64,000 nt of DNA, taken from positions 62,001-126,000 of the IMG/VR virus record IMGVR_UViG_3300028394_002328; one strand, given 5' to 3'. Every line of letters starts with the position of its first letter. Position 1 is the first letter of the stretch. Positions 56,165-64,000 of this stretch are shown in pieces. Under the pieces are notes generated by a model. That model had not been told where the DNA came from and did not search any database. It saw only the letters and a list, made by a program, of their open reading frames with translations. Position numbers and translations under genes: made by a program.

Positions 56165-57856
56165 TTATGGAATTGGTGGGATAGGATCTAACGGAGGTTG
56201 CAATATTGAAGATAATGGTTGTGCTTCAGCGATAGTAGTACCATTTGTCAATACAGTTACATTAGAGTCATTGATAAATCCGGACAATAATGACTTATCT
56301 GAAGCAGTAAATCCTGTATCTGTTCTAACATTTTCGGAAATTCTTATCCATAATTTACCATCCCATCTATACAATAATTGTGGTAAATAATCTATTCGTA
56401 AGAAATAATCACCTACTTGTGGGTTTTGCGGGAATGATATACCAGTACCAACTGGATATCCATTTGGTGCTGCTGCTGTACCTGTTAAATAGCCTGCACT
56501 ATATCCGAATGTTCTAGGACTTGATCTAGCAATATATTGGAATGCAGGATCGCAATCAGCACGGTAATTCATTTGTGGTGTTACCGTACCAGTGAAACCG
56601 GGTGCTACTGGGTTTTGATCACCTGTTGCATATGTATTATCAGAAGTTCCATATGGACCAGTAACTGGGCCATTAGACTCTAATGAAAGAATATAATCAC
56701 CTTCAACTTGTCCTGAATCATTACCTATTCTTTTTGGTGCTAATTGAAGTACCTCTAAATTAATTTGAGTAGAAACATTTATAGCATCTACTGTTATGTC
56801 CCATATACTTTGTAATGCTTTTTTAGATATTTTAACTACAGGACTTGCAATTTTGTAATTAGGATTACGAATCATTGCTACTGTACCTGTAGTAGGTTCT
56901 CCACTTGAGCTAGTAATTAAGTTAATAGGTGGTGAAGGTTGATCATTCTTTCCTGATAATACACCATTTGATTCATATTCACCATATGTTGGGGCAATAT
57001 ATAAACTACTACGATTGTATCCTGATTGCGGAACGATTCTAGCGGCTTCTTGTAATGCAGCATTATTAATGTCAAGATTCTTGTTATATGTAGCAAGTAT
57101 ATCTTTAAGATTCTGTTCTGTAGATAACTGCCAATATGCTGGATTTGGTGGATATACACCAGCAGGAACATCTGTAATTGATTCGTAATTCTTGTCGCCA
57201 TAAGTGATTATATAACCAGGTGGATAAGTTTTATCTTTATCCCATAAACCTAAATAATTATCCTGATCAATAGGCTCTTGTAGTATTTGACTGAATTCTT
57301 GACTATCAACCATTGGCTCGCATTTAATGCGCCATAGATGGGGATACCATGTTACAGAGAATCCTTCACTAGCATAATTAGAATCAGTTATTTGATAGAA
57401 TCTTTTTAATGCTACTGGTATTGTTTCTTTTAATGGGTTGTAATCAAGTAAATGCGGCAATTCTAATACATCACCTACCATTAACTTTCTACCTATAAGT
57501 TCAATCATGTCATTATAATGTACTGTAATAAAGATAATGTCATTATTCAAAAACAATCCAAATTGACTTAAATCAAAGTCTAAGTTTTGTACATTGTAAT
57601 GTCCACGCAACCGATATATACTAGTATCGTATGTTCTATCACGGTTTTCTAAAAACAACAGGTCTTGTATATTAGTGGGATTTAGTGTAGAATACTCAGG
57701 TTGAGTATAATCAACGCTTGCACCTTGATTAGTAGGACCTAAATATTTATGTATGTATAAATCAGTTCCACCAACAGTTAACATTTCCGATATGGATCTA
57801 TCTAAAAATCTATAGTCGTTTTGTTTATTGGAACGGTAGAGGCTAAGTCTTGGCAT
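56165..57856 (-). CDS. Neck/head-completion protein (T4 gp14-like) with extensions
   Basis: MPRLSLY...DLLFLENRDR.Y...FDLSQFGLFL..D; true start is ATG 57856, 5 nt after ATAAATA. Confidence 0.6.
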   Translation of the reverse strand: MPRLSLYRSNKQNDYRFLDRSISEMLTVGGTDLYIHKYLGPTNQGASVDYTQPEYSTLNPTNIQDLLFLENRDRTYDTSIYRLRGHYNVQNLDFDLSQFGLFLNNDIIFITVHYNDMIELIGRKLMVGDVLELPHLLDYNPLKETIPVALKRFYQITDSNYASEGFSVTWYPHLWRIKCEPMVDSQEFSQILQEPIDQDNYLGLWDKDKTYPPGYIITYGDKNYESITDVPAGVYPPNPAYWQLSTEQNLKDILATYNKNLDINNAALQEAARIVPQSGYNRSSLYIAPTYGEYESNGVLSGKNDQPSPPINLITSSSGEPTTGTVAMIRNPNYKIASPVVKISKKALQSIWDITVDAINVSTQINLEVLQLAPKRIGNDSGQVEGDYILSLESNGPVTGPYGTSDNTYATGDQNPVAPGFTGTVTPQMNYRADCDPAFQYIARSSPRTFGYSAGYLTGTAAAPNGYPVGTGISFPQNPQVGDYFLRIDYLPQLLYRWDGKLWIRISENVRTDTGFTASDKSLLSGFINDSNVTVLTNGTTIAEAQPLSSILQPPLDPIPPIP

Positions 57857-57880
57857 ATATGTATTTATCATGCACGAGGC

Positions 57881-57909
57881 TTGACAATAAATGGCAGATC
57901 GTGTATCAT
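57881..57909 (+). promoter_or_regulatory. sigma70-type promoter, back-to-back with a minus-strand late promoter (57862-57868)
   Basis: TTGACA-17-TATCAT. Confidence 0.8.
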
Positions 57910-57938
57910 TGATATATAGATCGTAAACAGGAGTGATC

Positions 57939-59138
57939 ATGGTTAGGAAAGCTAGCAAGAAAGCCGTAGAAGAAGTTGGTTTGGTCCGTAGTCTGACCCC
58001 CAAGGATGAAGATGTCAAATATTTTGGTGAAGAGCCTTCGTTCCTGATTCAGCCTACTGAGGATGATCGCGGTATAGCACTATCCCGAGCGTTCAATTGG
58101 TACAACAAATTTTATAACAAGAAAGACGCCAAAGAATTTTTGGCACAGTACCTAGACTTGAATGCCAAAACTACTGAAGCTAAAACTATCAGGCGTGTTG
58201 CTGACAACGAAATCATCCCAACGATTGGTTGGTTGTCTCGTATGACACTCCGTGGTCTAGTATTAGTAGAATATGAAAAACAGACCTTGGACAATGAAAT
58301 CGGTAGGTTGTTGAATACAATCTATAAACCCGAAGTCAAAGAGGCTAGCCGCACAGGTGGCCCAGTTAAGTCTGAGGCGCCGGCTGTCAATCGGCCTAAT
58401 GTACAAGAAATCATGCGGGAAAAGGCTAGTGAAGCCGCAGGTGAATTGGAAGGCTTGCTAGATGATTTCATTCAAGCAGGTGCACCTACTAAACATACAT
58501 ACCGCCCAATTGATGAATTGGCTAAAAAGAATGTATTGCCTCAGCATGTTAGTTTCATGGTTGAAACTTGGAATAAAAAACTCATTGAGTTTACCGAGGT
58601 ACAAGAAGGTAAAGATGACCAACTTGTACAAGGTTACATGCATTTGAGTAAGCAACAAATCAAAAACATTATTAAGTTTATTGAATTGGTTCTTAGCGAA
58701 ATCGGTAGTTATGTTACTGTTAAAAAGGTTAGCAAAGCTCCTCGTAAACGCAAAGCAGTTCCAGTTGAAAAGCAAGTATCTAAACTTAAATATTTGCGTG
58801 AATTTGTAGATGCGGCTACTAAACTTAATCTAACAAGTTTACACCCAACTAAACTACATGGTGCAAGTGAAGCGTGGGTTTATGATACTTCACGGCGTAA
58901 ACTTCATCACTACATTGCTGACGAATATAGTAAATACTTTACTGTCAAAGGTAATACGCTATTAGGGTTTGATACTACCCAAAGTGAATGTAAAACACTG
59001 CGTAAACCAGCAGAACAGATCAAAGAAATTATGGGTAGCAAGCCGGCTGCTCGTAAATACTTTAAAGAAATTAAGGCAGTGTCCGTTACTCCTACAGGAA
59101 GGTTCAACGAACACATGGTCATTTTAAAAGCATTTTAA
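57939..59138 (+). CDS. Hypothetical early/middle protein
   Basis: AGGAG RBS; 400-aa ORF with basic C-terminal domain. Confidence 0.7.
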   Translation: MVRKASKKAVEEVGLVRSLTPKDEDVKYFGEEPSFLIQPTEDDRGIALSRAFNWYNKFYNKKDAKEFLAQYLDLNAKTTEAKTIRRVADNEIIPTIGWLSRMTLRGLVLVEYEKQTLDNEIGRLLNTIYKPEVKEASRTGGPVKSEAPAVNRPNVQEIMREKASEAAGELEGLLDDFIQAGAPTKHTYRPIDELAKKNVLPQHVSFMVETWNKKLIEFTEVQEGKDDQLVQGYMHLSKQQIKNIIKFIELVLSEIGSYVTVKKVSKAPRKRKAVPVEKQVSKLKYLREFVDAATKLNLTSLHPTKLHGASEAWVYDTSRRKLHHYIADEYSKYFTVKGNTLLGFDTTQSECKTLRKPAEQIKEIMGSKPAARKYFKEIKAVSVTPTGRFNEHMVILKAF

Positions 59139-59150
59139 TAAGGATAAAAA

Positions 59151-59585
59151 ATGAGTGTAGATTTAAACAAGTATAGCGAATTTGTAGAGGCAGTTACTAG
59201 TAGACCTAGTAATTATTTGACAGATTTTATTAATAGGTTAGACCAATTGTCTGATAATAGGGATGACTCTATTGAGGAGTATGGTCCGCAAGTTAATATG
59301 CCTTTGTTAATTACAGGGGCATTAGGACTTAGTTCTGAGTGTGGTGAGTTCAATGAAATCGTAAAGAAAATGATTTTTCAAGGGAAGCCACTAACCAAGG
59401 AAAATCTATTTCATATGGAGCGTGAATTAGGTGATATCATGTGGTACTGGATCAACACCTGCAGGGCGCTTGGCTTTGATCCTAATAAAGTCATTGAGGG
59501 CAATGTTGATAAGTTGATGAGTCGCTATCCAAGTGGTGTATTTGATGTAACTAAAAGCGAGAATAGAAAAGAGAATGACCTGTAA
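59151..59585 (+). CDS. MazG-like nucleotide pyrophosphohydrolase
   Basis: GLSSECGEFNEIVKK...RELGDIMWY (ExxE...ELGD). Confidence 0.88.
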   Translation: MSVDLNKYSEFVEAVTSRPSNYLTDFINRLDQLSDNRDDSIEEYGPQVNMPLLITGALGLSSECGEFNEIVKKMIFQGKPLTKENLFHMERELGDIMWYWINTCRALGFDPNKVIEGNVDKLMSRYPSGVFDVTKSENRKENDL

Positions 59586-59619
59586 TCCTGATAAATAACA
59601 TATATCAGGATTACAAAAA

Positions 59620-60405
59620 ATGACCGCAAATATATTATCCACACCTACTAATCTAAACTTAGATGAATTAAAAGAATCATTATTCACTAACCTAAGATTA
59701 CGATTAGGTGATGGTATTATAGATATTGAACTAGATCCTCAGCATTATGAGGCTGCATTCAATTATACCATTAAACTATATCGTCAGCGGGCACAAAATG
59801 CTACCGCTGAATCGTATACATTAATGACGGTTATTCAAAACATAGACACTTACACCTTACCTCAAGAATTTATTAATGTAAGGGCACTATTTCGTAGAAC
59901 AGTAGGACTTGAAACAGGTACTGGTTCTACATCTTTTGATCCTTTCTCAAGTGCTATTCTTAACACTTACTTGTTAAATTATAACTATACCGGTGGCATG
60001 GCAACATATGATTTTTATGCCGGTTATGTTGAATTGGCAGCAAGAATGTTTGGTGGTTATGTCAATTATACTTTTGATCCAGTTACTAAAGTTCTTAGAG
60101 TAGTTAGAGATTTTAAGGGAACTGGAGAACGCATATTAGTTTGGGCTGATGTGCAAAGACCTGTTGAAGTTCTATTGCAAGATCCAGGTGCTGGAGTTTG
60201 GATTGGTGACTATGTTCTAGCAGTTCTAAAAGGTATCATTGGAGAAGCCCGCGAAAAATTTGGTACTATTGCTGGTCCAGGTGGCGGCACTACTTTAAAT
60301 GGTACTGCGATGAAAGCTGAATCCAAAGCGTTGCAAGAAGCACTATTGGACGATCTGAGAAAATATCAAGACTATTCTCAGCCATTGACTTGGATTCAAG
60401 GTTAA
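59620..60405 (+). CDS. Neck protein (T4 gp13-like)
   Basis: LRLRLGDGIIDIELD...AIKLYRQR...GEAREKF...GGTTLNG..MKAE; late motif upstream. Confidence 0.7.
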   Translation: MTANILSTPTNLNLDELKESLFTNLRLRLGDGIIDIELDPQHYEAAFNYTIKLYRQRAQNATAESYTLMTVIQNIDTYTLPQEFINVRALFRRTVGLETGTGSTSFDPFSSAILNTYLLNYNYTGGMATYDFYAGYVELAARMFGGYVNYTFDPVTKVLRVVRDFKGTGERILVWADVQRPVEVLLQDPGAGVWIGDYVLAVLKGIIGEAREKFGTIAGPGGGTTLNGTAMKAESKALQEALLDDLRKYQDYSQPLTWIQG

Positions 60406-60466
60406 CCTAAATACTTTATTTTGTAAAGCTCCTGTAATATAATATATATTTACAGGAGCTTACCAT

Positions 60467-61102
60467 ATGATCATTGGAATTACCGGGTTGATAAATTCTG
60501 GCAAGGACACCATAGCAGATTATCTGACTACATTTCATGGCTATAAAAGATTAAGCTTTGCCGCTTCTCTAAAAGATGCTGTAGCAGCGGTATTTAACTG
60601 GGATCGTGAAATGCTAGAGGGCACTACCAAGTCTAGCAGAGAATGGCGTGAACAAGTTGATCAATGGTGGGCAGAACGATTAGGCATGCCTCATCTTACT
60701 CCACGATGGATTCTACAGTATTGGGGAACAGAAGTTTGCCGTAACGCATTTCATAGTGACATTTGGGTAGCATCAGTAGAAAACAAATTAAGAACTTCTG
60801 CTGATAATATTGTATTAACAGATTGTAGATTCTACAATGAGGTAGGGGCTATTAAAAATGCAGGTGGAATTACTATTAGAGTTGAAAGAGGTGCTAACCC
60901 TGAATGGTATTCACATGCAATAAACTTTAATAAAGGTGAAAACGGTAATTTAGGCTGGGCTCTTGGGAGAAATCATCTTGAACAATTAGGTATTCATGCT
61001 AGTGAATATAGTAGCGTTGGATTAGAGTATGACTATATCATTGCTAATGATGGGACAATAGATGACCTACATAAAAAAATTCAATCAATAGTCAACTTGT
61101 AA
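60467..61102 (+). CDS. Deoxynucleoside monophosphate kinase (T4 gp1-like)
   Basis: IIGITGLINSGKDT, SFAASLK, TPRWILQYWGTE, TDCRFYNE, HASE. Confidence 0.9.
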   Translation: MIIGITGLINSGKDTIADYLTTFHGYKRLSFAASLKDAVAAVFNWDREMLEGTTKSSREWREQVDQWWAERLGMPHLTPRWILQYWGTEVCRNAFHSDIWVASVENKLRTSADNIVLTDCRFYNEVGAIKNAGGITIRVERGANPEWYSHAINFNKGENGNLGWALGRNHLEQLGIHASEYSSVGLEYDYIIANDGTIDDLHKKIQSIVNL

Positions 61103-61438
61103 GTCACCGCGTTTCCAAGTAACTTCTTTTTTCTTTACTACTTCAACACAATTCAAACATATGCTACGCAAATTACTTAATACAATATTTTCTAAATTAC
61201 CGTCAATATGAAATACGGTAATTTGCGTTGGAAATACACTACGAAACCCACATAAATCACATGTGGGTTTTTTCTTGTATCCTGATTTTTCCCAATTATA
61301 AATTCTAGGTTTTTTCTTAGCCCTAGTCTTACCACACCCATCGCAAATACTACGGTAGTGAGTTATGTCATTCCTTTTGTAATTAATAGCACAATAATTC
61401 TTGTTGCAAGTATTACAGATAGGCCTTTTTATTGTCAT
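61085..61438 (-). CDS. HNH-like Zn-binding protein
   Basis: CNTC, CDGC, CDLCGF, HIDGN..N...NL..ICLNC; TATAAATA 4 nt before ATG. Confidence 0.7.
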   Translation of the reverse strand: MTIKRPICNTCNKNYCAINYKRNDITHYRSICDGCGKTRAKKKPRIYNWEKSGYKKKPTCDLCGFRSVFPTQITVFHIDGNLENIVLSNLRSICLNCVEVVKKKEVTWKRGDLQVDY

Positions 61439-61559
61439 GTTGTATTTATATCTTCACCTTCGAAGGTTCGCTTAAATGGCTGTTTTTGAAAAAATAAAAT
61501 AAATAAGAATATGCAAACTAGGTGGTAAACCTCATAATTTTACAATAAGGAAAAATAAA

Positions 61560-64000
61560 ATGGCATTAACAAGTCCTGGCGTTGAAGTTACAATCGTTGA
61601 CCAAAGTCAATATCTTCCAGCCGCAACCGGTTCCGTACCTTTCGTATTAGTCGCAACAGCACAAAATAAAGCTGATCCAACTGGTACGGGAGTAGCAGTT
61701 GCTACTACAGCAGCAAATGCAGGTAAATTATATCAAGTAACAAGCCAGCGTGATCTTGTTACATTATATGGCAATCCGTTCTTCTATACAACAACCGCAG
61801 GTACCCCTATTCAGGGTTATGAACTTAATGAATATGGCTTATTAGCAGCGTACTCATTATTGGGTGTCACTAACCGTTGTTATGTATTAAGAGCTGATAT
61901 TGATTTAGCTAGTTTAGTAGGTCAAACAGGTCGTCCAACTGGTGCCCCTGATAATGGTGCATGGTGGTTAGATACAACCACTTCAACTTGGGGCATATAT
62001 CAGTTTAATGCCACAACTGGACAATTTACACTACAAAATCCTATTGTTATTACTGATGAAGCTTATATAAGTGCTGGATCCCCTGTTAACAGTATAGGTA
62101 ATATCGGCGACTACGCAGTAATAGCTAATCAACTAACCGGGACTCCAACTTCTGCAAAACAATTCTTTTACAAGACTAGTAGCAATACTTGGACATTTAT
62201 TGGCTCTTCTGCATGGAAAGCAGATTGGCCCACAATTCAAGGTACCGCTTCAAATCCTGTATTAAACGCAGGCGACACATTTGATCTTCTTATATCCGAT
62301 GGTTCTAATGTTACTATTACTGTTCCTGATGCTGGAGGTGGTAATGGCACAGTTTCCGGAGTTGCAAGTGCAATCAATGCTTTGGGTTGGGGAAATATGT
62401 CTGCTTCTGTAAGAAGTGGAAAACTTTGTATATTTGGAAAAAGCACTGAATACATAGATGATAATCCACAATATGTCAGTATCACAAATAACAGTGGTAC
62501 TGCTCTTGACGATATGGGAATTGCTGAGGGTTACTATTATCAGCCTTTACTGGAATCAGGAACTTCAGCACAACAACCTTTATGGCAAACTGGACAAACT
62601 TATCCTCGTCCTACTGGTTCGGTGTGGATGAAAATTGGATCAGCCGGTACTGGACTACAGCCATATGTTTCTCAATGGGATTCTACCATAGCATCTTGGG
62701 TAAATAGAAATGTATCATTAGCTACAAGTGACTGGGCTGCTTCAGCAGCACTAGATGCTACCGGTGGTCAAGCTATTCCTGCAGGAACAGTGTATGGTCA
62801 ATATCAATTTAACGATACGTTAAGACCTAGTCCTTTATTTTTATGGGAAAGATATGCAACAGGTCCTACAGTAGTTACTGGCACAAATACTAGCCCATCA
62901 TTTACAGCCGGGCCCTATACTTTAACAGTTTATGTTTCTATTCCAGGTAGTACATCCCTGTCTAGTGGTTATACTATGTCTTTAGGTGATAATACTGATG
63001 CTACTGATTTTGTTACAGCATGGTCAGCGGCTGGTATTGATTATACTACTGCTAGTGTAACAACTGATGGTGCAATACAATTAACACATACTGAAGGTGG
63101 TGAGATTGTTCTTGATGATGTAATTGCTGCAACAGGAGTTTCTTCTGGATTGATAACCGAAGCTGGATTTGTTATCGGTGATACTAATGTTAAATATGGA
63201 TCTCCTATAACAACATCATTTAGTAACGTCGCGGTTACCGGTGGAGCAGGTACGAGTGGTGTAGTAAATGTTTCAATAATTAGTGGTAACTATGTTGATA
63301 TCACAGCATCGGGCGGAACTAGTTATGTTGTGGGCAACACACTTACAGTTTTAGGGGCTAATCTAGGGGGAGCTACTCCTGCAAATAACTTAGTTTTAAA
63401 AGTTACAGCAATTGGAGGTAGCGGAAGCTTATCTGAAGTAACTTACGTGTCTGGCACTCCAAATATAGATTTTGCGGTGCAACTAAGCAATTGGTCTGAA
63501 TTTACTTATACAGCAAACGAAGGTGCCCCTGTTGCAGCTCCTGCTAACAATACAAATTGGTTCTACAGTGTTGTTAACCAAGTTGATATTATGGTAAATA
63601 TCCCAGTTGATGGTTGGGTAGGCTATAAAATGATTAACTATGATTCCAATGGTTTCCCAATTCCAACAGGTAGTAATACTACTGATCCAGCTGGGCCAAT
63701 AGTAAGTCCAACTGAGCCAACTACACAAAGTGATGGAACAGCATTGGAATATGGTGATATATGGGTTAACACTACTAACTTAGAAGATTATCCTGTCATT
63801 TCTCGTTGGCAATCAGTTGATGGTACAGATACATGGGTTCTAATAGATAATACAGATCAAGTTAATAGTACTGGTATAGTATTTGCGGATGCTCGTTGGG
63901 CAACTAACGATAATACGAATCCAGCAGATGATCCTATTCCAACAATAGCAAGTTTGTTAAGTAGTGATTATTTAGATTTAGATGCACCAAGCTCAAGTCT
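61560..64000 (+). CDS. Tail sheath protein (T4 gp18-like), 3'-truncated by the window edge and absent from the ORF track
   Basis: ATG 61560 after AAGGA: MALTSPGVEVTIVDQSQYLP...SQRDLVTLYGNP...NEYGLLAAYS. Confidence 0.88.
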   Translation, partial: MALTSPGVEVTIVDQSQYLPAATGSVPFVLVATAQNKADPTGTGVAVATTAANAGKLYQVTSQRDLVTLYGNPFFYTTTAGTPIQGYELNEYGLLAAYSLLGVTNRCYVLRADIDLASLVGQTGRPTGAPDNGAWWLDTTTSTWGIYQFNATTGQFTLQNPIVITDEAYISAGSPVNSIGNIGDYAVIANQLTGTPTSAKQFFYKTSSNTWTFIGSSAWKADWPTIQGTASNPVLNAGDTFDLLISDGSNVTITVPDAGGGNGTVSGVASAINALGWGNMSASVRSGKLCIFGKSTEYIDDNPQYVSITNNSGTALDDMGIAEGYYYQPLLESGTSAQQPLWQTGQTYPRPTGSVWMKIGSAGTGLQPYVSQWDSTIASWVNRNVSLATSDWAASAALDATGGQAIPAGTVYGQYQFNDTLRPSPLFLWERYATGPTVVTGTNTSPSFTAGPYTLTVYVSIPGSTSLSSGYTMSLGDNTDATDFVTAWSAAGIDYTTASVTTDGAIQLTHTEGGEIVLDDVIAATGVSSGLITEAGFVIGDTNVKYGSPITTSFSNVAVTGGAGTSGVVNVSIISGNYVDITASGGTSYVVGNTLTVLGANLGGATPANNLVLKVTAIGGSGSLSEVTYVSGTPNIDFAVQLSNWSEFTYTANEGAPVAAPANNTNWFYSVVNQVDIMVNIPVDGWVGYKMINYDSNGFPIPTGSNTTDPAGPIVSPTEPTTQSDGTALEYGDIWVNTTNLEDYPVISRWQSVDGTDTWVLIDNTDQVNSTGIVFADARWATNDNTNPADDPIPTIASLLSSDYLDLDAPSSS

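Noticed and set aside
1-64000. Alternative genetic code (stop-codon reassignment)
   Set aside because: Core genes (terL, uvsX, uvsW, helicase, thyA) are full length under the standard code, and TAA, TGA and TAG all appear as stops.

Overview
This window is a gene-dense, AT-rich segment of a large T4-related tailed phage (myovirus). It has no rRNA, no housekeeping bacterial operons and no CRISPR array. It encodes the terminase large subunit, neck and tail-completion proteins and the start of the tail sheath. It also encodes a T4-like recombination/replication set (gp32 SSB, UvsX, UvsY, UvsW, primase, helicase), nucleotide metabolism genes (DHFR, ThyA, dNMP kinase, MazG-like, Nudix) and a spanin pair, which implies a Gram-negative host. 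Blocks of small early genes sit behind near-perfect sigma70 promoters, while structural genes follow a T4-like late promoter motif, ATAAATA. The top find is a circularly permuted (two-piece) tmRNA gene at about 4682-4980, missed by the ORF track. It has a G3:U70 alanine acceptor stem, the tag ANDEVFSLAA and a highly structured intervening segment. Other notable items are a 206-aa DnaE-like polymerase reduced to its catalytic motifs and a possibly virion-packaged RNA-ligase-family enzyme. At least ten genes appear to be translated from leaderless mRNAs, hairpins gate late-gene translation, and there are two expanded families of tiny paralogous proteins. All calls come from motif recognition by eye; no database search or folding program was run.
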